Of a stretch of 64,000 nucleotides of DNA, positions 48,173-57,194 are shown piece after piece. A program made the translations under genes and the position numbers. The notes beneath the pieces were generated by a model, which saw only the letters and a list, made by a program, of their open reading frames with translations, had not been told where the DNA came from and made no database searches. The stretch spans positions 1,216,001 through 1,280,000 of the forward strand of contig CAWIIB010000001.1 of the NCBI GenBank assembly GCA_963836075.1. Reading direction: 5' to 3'. The DNA comes from an uncultured Acidobacteriota bacterium. Lineage in GTDB: Bacteria > Acidobacteriota > JAQAZP01. The first letter of the stretch is position 1; every line of letters starts with the position of its first letter.

Positions 48173-50648
48173 ATGCTCAGCACACCGGCCCGAATGTCCC
48201 TGATGCTCGCCATGGTTTTCCTGGCCACCGCCATGATGTCCGCACCATTGCCGGCGCAGGATGATGCCGCCGCATACCGTCTGCCATCACCGGCCCTGGT
48301 GGAGATGGTGGACGCCCCGCCCACACCACTGGTCAGTGTGGCCCCGGGGGACGAGTGGATGCTGCTGCTCCAGTCGCCCAACCTGCCCTCCATCGCCGAA
48401 CTGGCCGAGCGCGAGCTGCGTCTGGCCGGACTGCGCATCAAGCCCCAGACCAACGGACCGAGCCGCACCCGGCCCTATGTGGGTCTTGAACTGCTGCGCA
48501 TTGCCGACCTGAAGAAAGTGCCGGTGACCGGCCTGCCCGAAACACCTCGCATCGGCAACGTGCGCTGGGCTCCGGACGGAGCCCACTTCTGCTTCACCAA
48601 CACCGGCCCGGCGGGTATCGAGCTCTGGGTGGTGGAAACGACCAGCGGCACGGCGCGGCGGCTCACCGGCCCGCTGCTCAACCTGGCGGCCCGCACCCCG
48701 CCCGGTTGGATGGACAACCAGACCCTGGCCTGCACCATGGTCCCCGAGGGCCGCAAGGCCGAGCCGGCACCACCCAGTGTTCCGTCCGGCCCGGTGACCC
48801 AGGAGAATCTGGGCACCACTTCGCCGAACCGCACCTACCAGGACTTGCTGAAGAACCCGCACGACGAAGCGCTCTTCGAATATTACTGCACCTCCCGGCT
48901 GGCCCTGGTGAATTTGGACGGCAGCATGGAGTTTATCGGCGGCCCGGAGATCGTCTGGGACTTCGACCCCTCGCCCGACGGAAACTTCATCATCATCGAA
49001 ACTCTGCACCGGCCCTGGTCCTACCTGGTGCCCGCCAGCCGGTTTCCCAAACGGATGGAAATCCGCGGCCGGAACGGCAAGCTGGTCCACACGGTGGCCG
49101 ACCTGCCGCTGCAGGAAAGCATCCCCATCGCCTTTGGCAGCGTGGCCACCGGGCCGCGGTCACTGGGCTGGCGCGGTGACACACCGGCCACGGTTTCCTG
49201 GGTCGAGGCCCTGGACGGCGGAGACGCCGGCACCGCAGCGGAATATCGTGACCGGGTATTTACCCTGGCCGCCCCCTTTGACGGCGACCCGCAACCGCTG
49301 ATCACCACCACCCTCCGGTTCAGCAACATCACCTGGGGCGACGACGGCCTGGCCCTGGCCAGCGAGTGGTGGTGGAAGACCAGGATGCAGCGCCTCTGGA
49401 CAATACAGCCGGGAAACCGGGATGCCGCCCCGGTGCTGCTCTTTGAGAACTCCTTCGAGGACCGCTACAACGACCCCGGCCGTCCGTTGACCAAGCGTAA
49501 CCCGCGGGGGCGTTCGGTGCTGCTCACCGGGGGCCAGGGTAAAACACTCTACCTGCTGGGCAGCGGCGCCTCTCCGGCAGGAGACCGGCCGTTCCTCGAC
49601 ATCCTCGATACGGAGACCATGAAAACGGAGCGAAAATTCCACTCGGAAGCGCCGTACTACGAGCGGCCGGTGACCCTGTTGGACGGTGACCCGGGCCGAA
49701 TGCTGACCCGCCGGGAGTCGGTGGAAGAGCCACCGAACTACTTTGTCCGCGACCTGGAAACGGGCGCCCTGCGCCAGGTGACCGAATTCCCGCACCCCAC
49801 GCCACAATTGGTGGGTCTGCACAAGGAACAGATCCGTTACCAGCGCGACAGACGGCGTGATGCTCACCGCCACGCTCTACCTGCCACCGGGGTACGACGT
49901 TGAGCAGGGGCCGCTGCCGCTGCTGATGTGGGCCTACCCCCAGGAGTACAAGAGCGCCGATGCCGCCGGGCAGGTCACCGACTCGCCCTACCGCTTCTCC
50001 CGCGTCGGCTGGTGGTCCCCGCTGCTCTTCCTGGCCGCAGGCTATGCCGTGCTGGACGACCCGACCATGCCCATCGTGGGCGAGGGCGACGAGGAGCCGA
50101 ACGACACGTTCATCGACCAGCTGGTCTCCAGCGCCCAGGCGGCGGCGGACGAGGTGGTGCGCCGCAAGGTGGCCGACGCGCACCGCCTGGCCGTGGGCGG
50201 CCACTCCTACGGCGCTTTCATGACCGCCAACCTGCTGGCCCACAGCGATATCTATGCCGCCGGCATCGCCCGCAGCGGGGCCTACAACCGCACCCTGACG
50301 CCCTTCGGCTTCCAGTCCGAGGAGCGGACGCTCTGGGAGGCCCCGGAGATCTACTTCGCCATGTCCCCCTTCATGCACGCGGAGAAGGTCAACGAGCCGA
50401 TGCTGCTGATCCACGGCGAGGCGGACAACAACTCCGGCACCTTCCCCATGCAGAGCGAACGCTACTACAACGCGCTCAAGGGTCACGGGGCCACGGCGCG
50501 CCTCTGCTTTCTGCCCCACGAGAGCCACGGCTACCGGGCGCGGGAGTCGGTGCTGCACATGCTGTGGGAGACCGAGCAGTGGCTGGACACGTACGTGAAG
50601 GACGCGGAGCCGAAGCCCGAGGGTGAAGAAGAGGAGAGAGTAGAGTAG
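48173..50648 (+). CDS. S9 family peptidase (glutamyl endopeptidase CGEP-like), split by a 1-nt frameshift near 49850
   Basis: Signal peptide and propeller in 48173..49903; catalytic domain in 49857..50648 (GGHSYGA, HGEADNN, ESHGY). The junction reads YQR(D)DGVMLTATLYLP if one base is removed. Confidence 0.9.
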
Positions 50649-50654
50649 AGAGAA

Positions 50655-50689
50655 TGGGGACTGTCACGCCTTGGTGACTGCCCCCAATT
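50655..50689. terminator. Imperfect hairpin between convergent genes (REP-like/terminator)
   Basis: GGGGACTGTCAC-gccttg-GTGACTGCCCC. Confidence 0.5.
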
Positions 50690-50692
50690 CCC

Positions 50693-51313
50693 TTACTGCG
50701 CGGCGACCGAGAACGGCACCTCGATGGGTGGTCTGTCCCGCAGGTTTTTAACCACCATGGTCAGGGTGCCGGTCATGCGCCGCCAGTCCTCTATCTCGTA
50801 GTACAGGATATCGACGAAGCGGCTCACCGTCGGCATGTCAAACTTGTCCACGATGATCCGGTCCGCGTTGTTGGAATAGAAGTTGGCGCGCATGTTGCCG
50901 CTCAACCCAATGCCACTGTTGAGCAGGCCGATAAACTCGGTGGTGTTGGCCAGTTCGTAGTCGTAGTTGACCCGGTTATAAATCGACTTGAGCTGTGTCG
51001 GGGGCACCGGCTGGTATTCGATGCCGTACTCGTCGCGGACCACGAAGTTGGCCGCCTCGACGTGGATGTTCTCCGCCGAGTTGTTGCGCACCAGGATCTG
51101 CAGCGGCAACACCGTTTCGGACCGGCTGTGCCGGGCCAGCTTGGTGCCCACCACCACACTGACGTTCTCGTCGGTGGAGACATAGGCAAAGGGGTTGAGC
51201 TTTCTCCCGTCGGCGGCATGGTGGGGGTCGGACGAGAGTTTGACCAGGCATCCCCCGCTGATCAATACGGCCGCCACAAGCAGCGCGGCGGTCAGGGCTG
51301 TTCTCCGTCTCAT
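50693..51313 (-). CDS. Hypothetical lipoprotein
   Basis: MRRR plus hydrophobic stretch plus ISGGC lipobox; GGAG RBS. Confidence 0.75.
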   Translation of the reverse strand: MRRRTALTAALLVAAVLISGGCLVKLSSDPHHAADGRKLNPFAYVSTDENVSVVVGTKLARHSRSETVLPLQILVRNNSAENIHVEAANFVVRDEYGIEYQPVPPTQLKSIYNRVNYDYELANTTEFIGLLNSGIGLSGNMRANFYSNNADRIIVDKFDMPTVSRFVDILYYEIEDWRRMTGTLTMVVKNLRDRPPIEVPFSVAAQ

Positions 51314-51470
51314 GCTGTGCGCTCCCTGATGATGTTATTGTTCTCGTGCATCCAGGATCACGGTCACCGGAAGTATACAACACGGCCCAGGTGACTTGTA
51401 CTGTGCAGACACAATTCACCGTTGCCGGCCGGCGGGGCCGGCGGGCTGGACACGCCTTGAGGCAGGTTCG

Positions 51471-51668
51471 CTACTTCTGGCCGTGGTGGCCGGGCATGAA
51501 CGTGGATTTTTTCTGCTTGCGTCGTGGTCTGCCCACGAATGAACGGCCGCCGAGCATCTCGTCCAGAGCTTCCCGTTCCCGCCTGCGTGTCACCTGGCGT
51601 TGCTCGCGAACGGCCTTGAGCCGTTCGCGTCCGCGCCGGGTGTTTTCCGAGACGGACATCTGCGCCAT
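51471..51668 (-). CDS. Small, highly basic hypothetical protein (65 aa)
   Basis: Strong AGGAGGT RBS before the ATG at 51668; Arg/Lys-rich. Confidence 0.55.
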   Translation of the reverse strand: MAQMSVSENTRRGRERLKAVREQRQVTRRREREALDEMLGGRSFVGRPRRKQKKSTFMPGHHGQK

Positions 51669-51909
51669 GGCCCACCTCCTCCTGCCCGGGGGACCTCTTT
51701 TGACAGACCGATCACGACCCCGGGGTCGAAAGAAAAACAGATGGAATCTGTCCATGGTTAAGATTTAAGTTCCTGATCCGAAAATGTCAAGAGCCCGCGT
51801 TGACTGATTGCTCCCTGAAATCTTACAATCCTCGCCGGTTACCCTGTCCGCACACTGACCAGCCGATGATGAAGGAGCCGGCGCCGTGCCGGCCCACCGG
51901 GGAGACACC

Positions 51910-54783
51910 GTGGCCCAGGGGTTGATGGAAAAGATCGTCAACGTCAAGAAGCAGGAATGGCGCCTGCTTTCCTGGCTGCTGCTCTTCTTTTTCTTCGAAA
52001 GCATCGGCACCGAGATCATGGACATCCTGGCCGTCTCCACCTTCCTCAAGGAGGCGGGGATCAGGAACCTCCCCCTGGTCTACATCTTTGACGAAGTGCT
52101 GCTGGCCATCTTCCTCGTCCTCTACGGCACGGTGGTGGACCGCTTCGACCGCGCCCGGTTCGTCAACTACCTGCAGATCGGATTTGCCGCCGCGCTGGTG
52201 CTGCTCTTCTTCGCCATCAAGTCCGGAGCGTCCCCCACGGTGATCTCCGTGCTGATCTACGTCCTCAAGTCGCTGATCATCAGCGTGCTTGAGGAAGCCT
52301 TCTGGCTGATGAACGACGACCTCTACGACGTGCAGGAGGCCAAGCGACTCTACCCGATCATCAACCTCGGCGGTGTGGCCGGAGGGATGGTGGGCGGCGG
52401 GCTGGTGGCGGCCCTGCTCACCACCGTGGTGGACGACACCAACAACCTGATCCCCATCGCCCCGCTGATGCTGATCGCCGGCGTGGTGTTCATCCACCTG
52501 GCGCGGCGGCAGGCGCTGAAGGAGGGACGGGTGGAAGGGCTGGCTGGCGCGGAACCGCGAGCCGGCAGACCCGCGGTGGGCTCACCGCCCAAAAAGCGGA
52601 AGAAGAAAAAGAAAGTGCCGCTGAGCGAAGGGATCCGCTTTATCAGGGAAACGCCGCTGTTCAAGTACATCCTGATCATCTTCGTCCTGATGGGCGCAGT
52701 GGCACCGCTGGGCGACTGGATGTTTGCCGCTGTGGCCGACACGGTGTTTACCGACCGCAAGTCCTACGCCACCTTCCTCTCGATCTACAAGACCTCGCTG
52801 ACCCTGGTGATCTTCGTCGCTCAGCTCTTTCTCTCCAGCAAGATCCTCACCCGGCTGGGCCTGACCCGGGCCAACCTCTTCAGCCCGGTGAACAACGTGA
52901 TCAAGTTTGCGGTGCTCCTCTTCTGGTTCAAGCTGGGCCCGGTGATCTACGCCCAGGGCTCGAAGAAGCTGCTGGAGAAGGTGGTGACCAAGCCGTCCCA
53001 GCGGGTGCTCTTCGGCTTCGCGCCACGGGCGAACAAGGGCAGGATCAAGGTCTTTATCAAGACGATGAAGGGCAACGCGGCCATCGCCACCCTGGTGCTG
53101 CTCTTCGCCGTGCTGCACCTTTTGCCCCTTGACTTCGACCTGCCGCAGAACCGGCTGCTGGTGGCCAAGGGGGTGGCCGCAATCTGTGCCGTGCTCTCGT
53201 TGATCTGGTTGATCACCGCTCTGAAGCTGAAGTCCACCTTCACCACCAGCCTGATGGACATCCTGCAGAAGGAGGAGATCGACTTCGGGGCCCTGGAGCG
53301 GGAGGACTTCCGCAGCTTCCTCGACCAGAAGTCGGTGGACTTCCTACTGGCCAACCTGGAGAAGGGGGACGACAAGCGAGCCATTTTCATTGCCGGCCTG
53401 CTGGAGGAGATCGCCGACGAGCGGGTCCTCGACCCGGTGATCCGGACCTACCCCAACAAGTCGGTGCCGGTGCAGGTAGCACTGGTCCGCCTGGTGGGCC
53501 GGGTGGGCGGCGCCCGCGCCCATTCGGCGCTGCAGCAGCTCTGCCGCAGTTCAAAACCCGAAGTGCGCGCCGAAGCGGTCACCGCCCTGGGCGCGGAGCC
53601 GGAAACCGATGCCGCCACCGAAATCGTCCCGCTGCTCAACGACCCGGACGACCAGGTGCGCAGCGCCGCGGCACAGGTGGTGCTTCGCTCCCCGGACGTG
53701 GAGCTGCGCAAACAGGGCCTGGCCGTGCTCCAGGGGATGCTCCGCTCGGACAAACGGGAAGCCCGTTTGCAGGGTATCTTCCTCCTCGGCGAGCTGGGGG
53801 TGAAGAAGAACAAACGTCTGCTGGAAGGTACGATCACCGACCCCGACTCCGAGGTGCGCCTGGCCTCTTTGCAGGCACTGGCCAAACTGGTGGAACCGGG
53901 AGAGGACGTGCGGTTCCTGGGCGAGATGGAGCCGCTGCTCAGTGACGGCAGCAGCGAGATCCGGCTGGCCGCGGCAACCATCGTCCGCGCCGTGGGCAGC
54001 ATCCAGGCGGTGAGCCTCCTGGAGGGCTGTCTCGACCAGCGGGGTTACCAGATGCGGCGGCTGGCCGTGGAGGGCCTGGCGGAACTGGGCGACGAGGGCC
54101 GAATGGCCCTGGTGCGGGCGGTGGGCGACTCGGCGGTAGACCTGGAAACACGGGAGTACGCCCTGCAGCAGGTGCGCAAGAGCGGCTGGGGTGAGGAGGA
54201 GATGCGCACCCACTTCATCCCCCTGGCCGAGGAGGAACTGCAGGAGGTCTACCTGCGGGCGTTCCACCGGCGGGCGCTCCGCCGCCTGGGCGAGGGGGCG
54301 GAGTCGGTGCAGCTGCTGCTCAAGGCCCTCGCGGACCTGGACGACGAGGCCCGCGCACTCTGTATCTCGATCATCACCACCATGGCCAACCCGGAAAAGA
54401 TAAAGCTGATCCGCAAGGCGCTGGCCAGCGGTACCCGTCAGACCCGGGCCAACGTGCTGGAACTGCTGGAAAATGCCTCGGAGAGGAACCTGTTCAACCT
54501 GCTGGTTCCGTTGCTCGACCAGGCGCCGGCCGAACAGCTGCGGGAGCTGGCCCGCAAGCAGTTCCAGGTGGACGAACCCGAACCGGAAAGTTCTCTGAGG
54601 GAGATGATCGGGTCGCGCAATCTCACCGTGCGGCTGGCCGCCATCTATGCCGTGGGCGAGCTGGGCCTCAAGCATTTCTCCGGCGAACTGGAGCGGCTGC
54701 GGCAGGATCCCTTTGCCGCCCCGAACCTGAAACAGGAGGTGGAGCGGGCGCTTGCGGCCCTTGGCGGTAACATTGATTTTTAA
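51910..54783 (+). CDS. Npt1/TLC-like (ATP/ADP translocase-type) MFS transporter fused to HEAT repeats
   Basis: NVKKQEW start, FLKEAGIRNLP, FWLMNDDLYDVQEAKRLYPII, about 12 TM, then LNDPDDQVRSAA / DPDSEVRLASLQAL HEAT repeats. Confidence 0.8.
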   Translation: MAQGLMEKIVNVKKQEWRLLSWLLLFFFFESIGTEIMDILAVSTFLKEAGIRNLPLVYIFDEVLLAIFLVLYGTVVDRFDRARFVNYLQIGFAAALVLLFFAIKSGASPTVISVLIYVLKSLIISVLEEAFWLMNDDLYDVQEAKRLYPIINLGGVAGGMVGGGLVAALLTTVVDDTNNLIPIAPLMLIAGVVFIHLARRQALKEGRVEGLAGAEPRAGRPAVGSPPKKRKKKKKVPLSEGIRFIRETPLFKYILIIFVLMGAVAPLGDWMFAAVADTVFTDRKSYATFLSIYKTSLTLVIFVAQLFLSSKILTRLGLTRANLFSPVNNVIKFAVLLFWFKLGPVIYAQGSKKLLEKVVTKPSQRVLFGFAPRANKGRIKVFIKTMKGNAAIATLVLLFAVLHLLPLDFDLPQNRLLVAKGVAAICAVLSLIWLITALKLKSTFTTSLMDILQKEEIDFGALEREDFRSFLDQKSVDFLLANLEKGDDKRAIFIAGLLEEIADERVLDPVIRTYPNKSVPVQVALVRLVGRVGGARAHSALQQLCRSSKPEVRAEAVTALGAEPETDAATEIVPLLNDPDDQVRSAAAQVVLRSPDVELRKQGLAVLQGMLRSDKREARLQGIFLLGELGVKKNKRLLEGTITDPDSEVRLASLQALAKLVEPGEDVRFLGEMEPLLSDGSSEIRLAAATIVRAVGSIQAVSLLEGCLDQRGYQMRRLAVEGLAELGDEGRMALVRAVGDSAVDLETREYALQQVRKSGWGEEEMRTHFIPLAEEELQEVYLRAFHRRALRRLGEGAESVQLLLKALADLDDEARALCISIITTMANPEKIKLIRKALASGTRQTRANVLELLENASERNLFNLLVPLLDQAPAEQLRELARKQFQVDEPEPESSLREMIGSRNLTVRLAAIYAVGELGLKHFSGELERLRQDPFAAPNLKQEVERALAALGGNIDF

Positions 54784-54899
54784 GTCAACGGGTGCTACCA
54801 TTTGGCCATTGGTTAAAAAAGTTTTCCTGACTGCCGACCGTAAGGAGCAGCAGGATATCGGCCTCGTCCCGCGAACTCCCGCCAGGAGGGGAGCAGCCC

Positions 54900-56111
54900 A
54901 TGGTGAACATCAGATACTTCGACTTCCGTGACCTCTTTCTCGCGCCGCGCGCCGGCCTCTCCGGAAAAAAGATCTGGATCGCCACCAGCGGCCTGTTGCT
55001 GGCCCACCTGGGGTTTGCCGTCTTCACCTACCTGGCCCGCATCGCCACCGGGATGACCCTCGGCGGCATCTGGTCCACCCAGGGGCTCTGGCCGGTACCC
55101 GCCTTTGCCCAGTATTCCTGGCCCGGGTGGCTGCTGCAGTTGCTGGGCCTCGGCTTCGCCGGCATGGTGCTGCTGCTGGCGGCCACCGCGGTGAGCAGTC
55201 TGGCCTACCAGCAGTTCAGGGGCGACGACTTCTTCTCCACCGGCGACGCCTGGTCCTTTGCCCGCAGCCGCTGGATAGCCCTGATCCTGGCCCCGCTGGT
55301 CATCGCCGGCCTGATCGTCTTTCTGGTGGTCGCCGGCATGCTGCTGGGACTGATCGGCAAGATCCCGCTGATCGGCCCGCTGGTGGTGGCGGTTCACATG
55401 CCGCTGGTGGTCTTCTTCGCCATGATCGCCGCGTTCTCCGCCCTGGTCTTCTTCACCCACTTCTCCCTCGGCCCGGCCATCATCAGCACCACTTCGGGCG
55501 ATGCCATGGACGTGCTGGTCCAGCTCTTCTCCTGTGCCTGGTCCCAGCCCTGGCGCTTCCTGACCTACCAGTTTCTGCTCAAGCTGATCTCCGTCTTCGC
55601 GGTCCACGTGCTGGTCTTCTTTGTCATTGGCGGCTTCTGGATCAGCCGCTGGGTCATCGCCCCGGTGATGGGCAGCAGTTTCGCCCAGATGCTGCAGATC
55701 GGCTACGAGTTCGCCCGGTTCCGCTGCCCGGTGACTTCCACCGCCTGCGCCCTGGCCCGGGAAAACTGCGGCATCGATCTGGCATCCCGGCTCCCCGCTC
55801 TGCAACAGCGCTGCCTCGACTCCCTCTTCGCCGCCGACCTCACCGGCGCCGGGACAGCGGTCACCATCGCCGGGCACATCTTCGGGGTGGTCCTCTTCCT
55901 CACCATCATCGCCGTCACCGGCTACTTCTTCGCCACCTGGTTCTCCGGGCAGACCATCGTCTATCTCATCCTTCGCCGGCGTAAGGACGGTGAGGACCTG
56001 CTGGAGTTCAACGAAGAAGACGACTGGGAACCGGCCGGTTTCGGGGACGACGAGGACGAACAGGCGGCGGAGAACGAATCGGAGCCCGCCGGGGACGAGG
56101 CAGCGGACTGA
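54900..56111 (+). CDS. Hypothetical polytopic membrane protein with an acidic C-terminus
   Basis: About 7 TM helices; YLILRRRKDG followed by a D/E-rich tail; GGAG RBS. Confidence 0.75.
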   Translation: MVNIRYFDFRDLFLAPRAGLSGKKIWIATSGLLLAHLGFAVFTYLARIATGMTLGGIWSTQGLWPVPAFAQYSWPGWLLQLLGLGFAGMVLLLAATAVSSLAYQQFRGDDFFSTGDAWSFARSRWIALILAPLVIAGLIVFLVVAGMLLGLIGKIPLIGPLVVAVHMPLVVFFAMIAAFSALVFFTHFSLGPAIISTTSGDAMDVLVQLFSCAWSQPWRFLTYQFLLKLISVFAVHVLVFFVIGGFWISRWVIAPVMGSSFAQMLQIGYEFARFRCPVTSTACALARENCGIDLASRLPALQQRCLDSLFAADLTGAGTAVTIAGHIFGVVLFLTIIAVTGYFFATWFSGQTIVYLILRRRKDGEDLLEFNEEDDWEPAGFGDDEDEQAAENESEPAGDEAAD

Positions 56112-56185
56112 ACGGACCGACTACAGGCCAAATCGTGCCAACAACACCGGTTTTCCTTCGTCAGGGTGAATCCCCCGGCATAAAT

Positions 56186-56706
56186 TCCTTCTCAATCCTG
56201 GGCGATACGCTGGTTGGGCAAATGCTCCCGGCCTGGCGGCCGGAGTTCAAGGTTCGGGAGGCGGCCCAACAGAAGTTCTACTGGTTTGATCCGGGCGTGG
56301 CCCGGGCTGCTGCCGGCCTGATCCGTGACCCTGCAGACAGCCTCTGACAGGGCACTCTGCTGGAAACTCTGGTTTACCACGAACTGCGGGTCTACAACGA
56401 CGTCTGCCGAAAACAGCGCCCGCTGGCCTACAACCACACGCCGGCAGGCGTCGAAGTGGATTTCATTGTGCAGACCGCCTCGCGACAGGCAAGGAAGCTC
56501 CCCTAGGTGACGGCCATTGAGGTCAAGCGGGGTGAGCGCGGGAACCGGAAGTGAGAAAAACCGATGCGAAATCTCGCCAAACGCCGGGGGGGGGTGGAGC
56601 GGATGATCGGGGTGTACTGCGGAAAGCGCAGATACCGCTTCGACGAGGTTGAGGTCTGGCCCGTCGAAGATTTCGCAAAAGCGCTGTTCAACGGTGAGGT
56701 TTCCTG
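56186..56706 (+). pseudogene. Decayed C-terminal (DUF4143-type) half of an AAA+ ATPase
   Basis: One frame reads ..KFYWFDPGVAR..DSL*QGTLLETLVYHELR..GVEVDFIV..LP*VTAIEVK..RK*EKPM; in-frame stops at 56345, 56504 and 56552; the ATPase N-terminus is absent. Confidence 0.75.
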
Positions 56707-56799
56707 AACTCCATGGCGCATCACACTCAAAAAGAAACACTTCATTGACCGGCAGCACTTACCCTCATGCTCTTTCCCCTCCGTCATTCTTTTTGAACG

Positions 56800-56828
56800 T
56801 TGACATTTGAATATTCCCGCCATAAATT
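56800..56828 (+). promoter_or_regulatory. Sigma70-type promoter
   Basis: TTGACA-17 bp-TAAATT in an AT-rich intergenic region. Confidence 0.5.
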
Positions 56829-57040
56829 GAAAATATCCTTTCGGTTTCACTCAACAAGAATTGAATCCTCCGGAACAGGCTTCAGATTATGTGGATACAT
56901 TCATCTTGAAGCCAACTTGTGCTGTCAACGAGTTCAAAAAATGTTGTCAAACTTATTGGCATCAACCACATTCTAGGGCATTAACGTGTGGACCACATAT
57001 TCATTTAACAAGGGAGGAACACAGTTCATTGAAGTAGAAA

Positions 57041-57070
57041 CTGCCTGCCTGCCTGCCTGCCTGCCTGCCT
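57041..57070. repeat. (CTGC)7.5 tetranucleotide microsatellite
   Basis: Perfect 30-bp ctgcctgc... run. Confidence 0.95.
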
Positions 57071-57194
57071 AAGAATCGCCCCCGTCAGAACTCGAGTTCG
57101 CTGTCAGCATCAAGATCACTTCATACACAGCATTTCCTTCAAAATATATTTACCCACAACTTGTCGCTTTCGGACACATTTGATGAGGTGAACC

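Noticed and set aside
50634-50653. GAGAGAGTAGAGTAGAGAGA purine run
   Set aside because: Short low-complexity sequence from the Glu-rich C-terminus and stop region of the S9 peptidase.
52585-52620. SV40-NLS-like PPKKRKKKKKV in the Npt/HEAT protein
   Set aside because: It lies in the central cytoplasmic loop of a polytopic transporter and fits the positive-inside rule; nothing suggests an effector role.
56345-56554. TGA=Trp recoding or selenocysteine in the ATPase relic
   Set aside because: A TAG stop is also in frame, TGG is used in the same segment, the 5' half is missing, and TGA ends many normal genes here.
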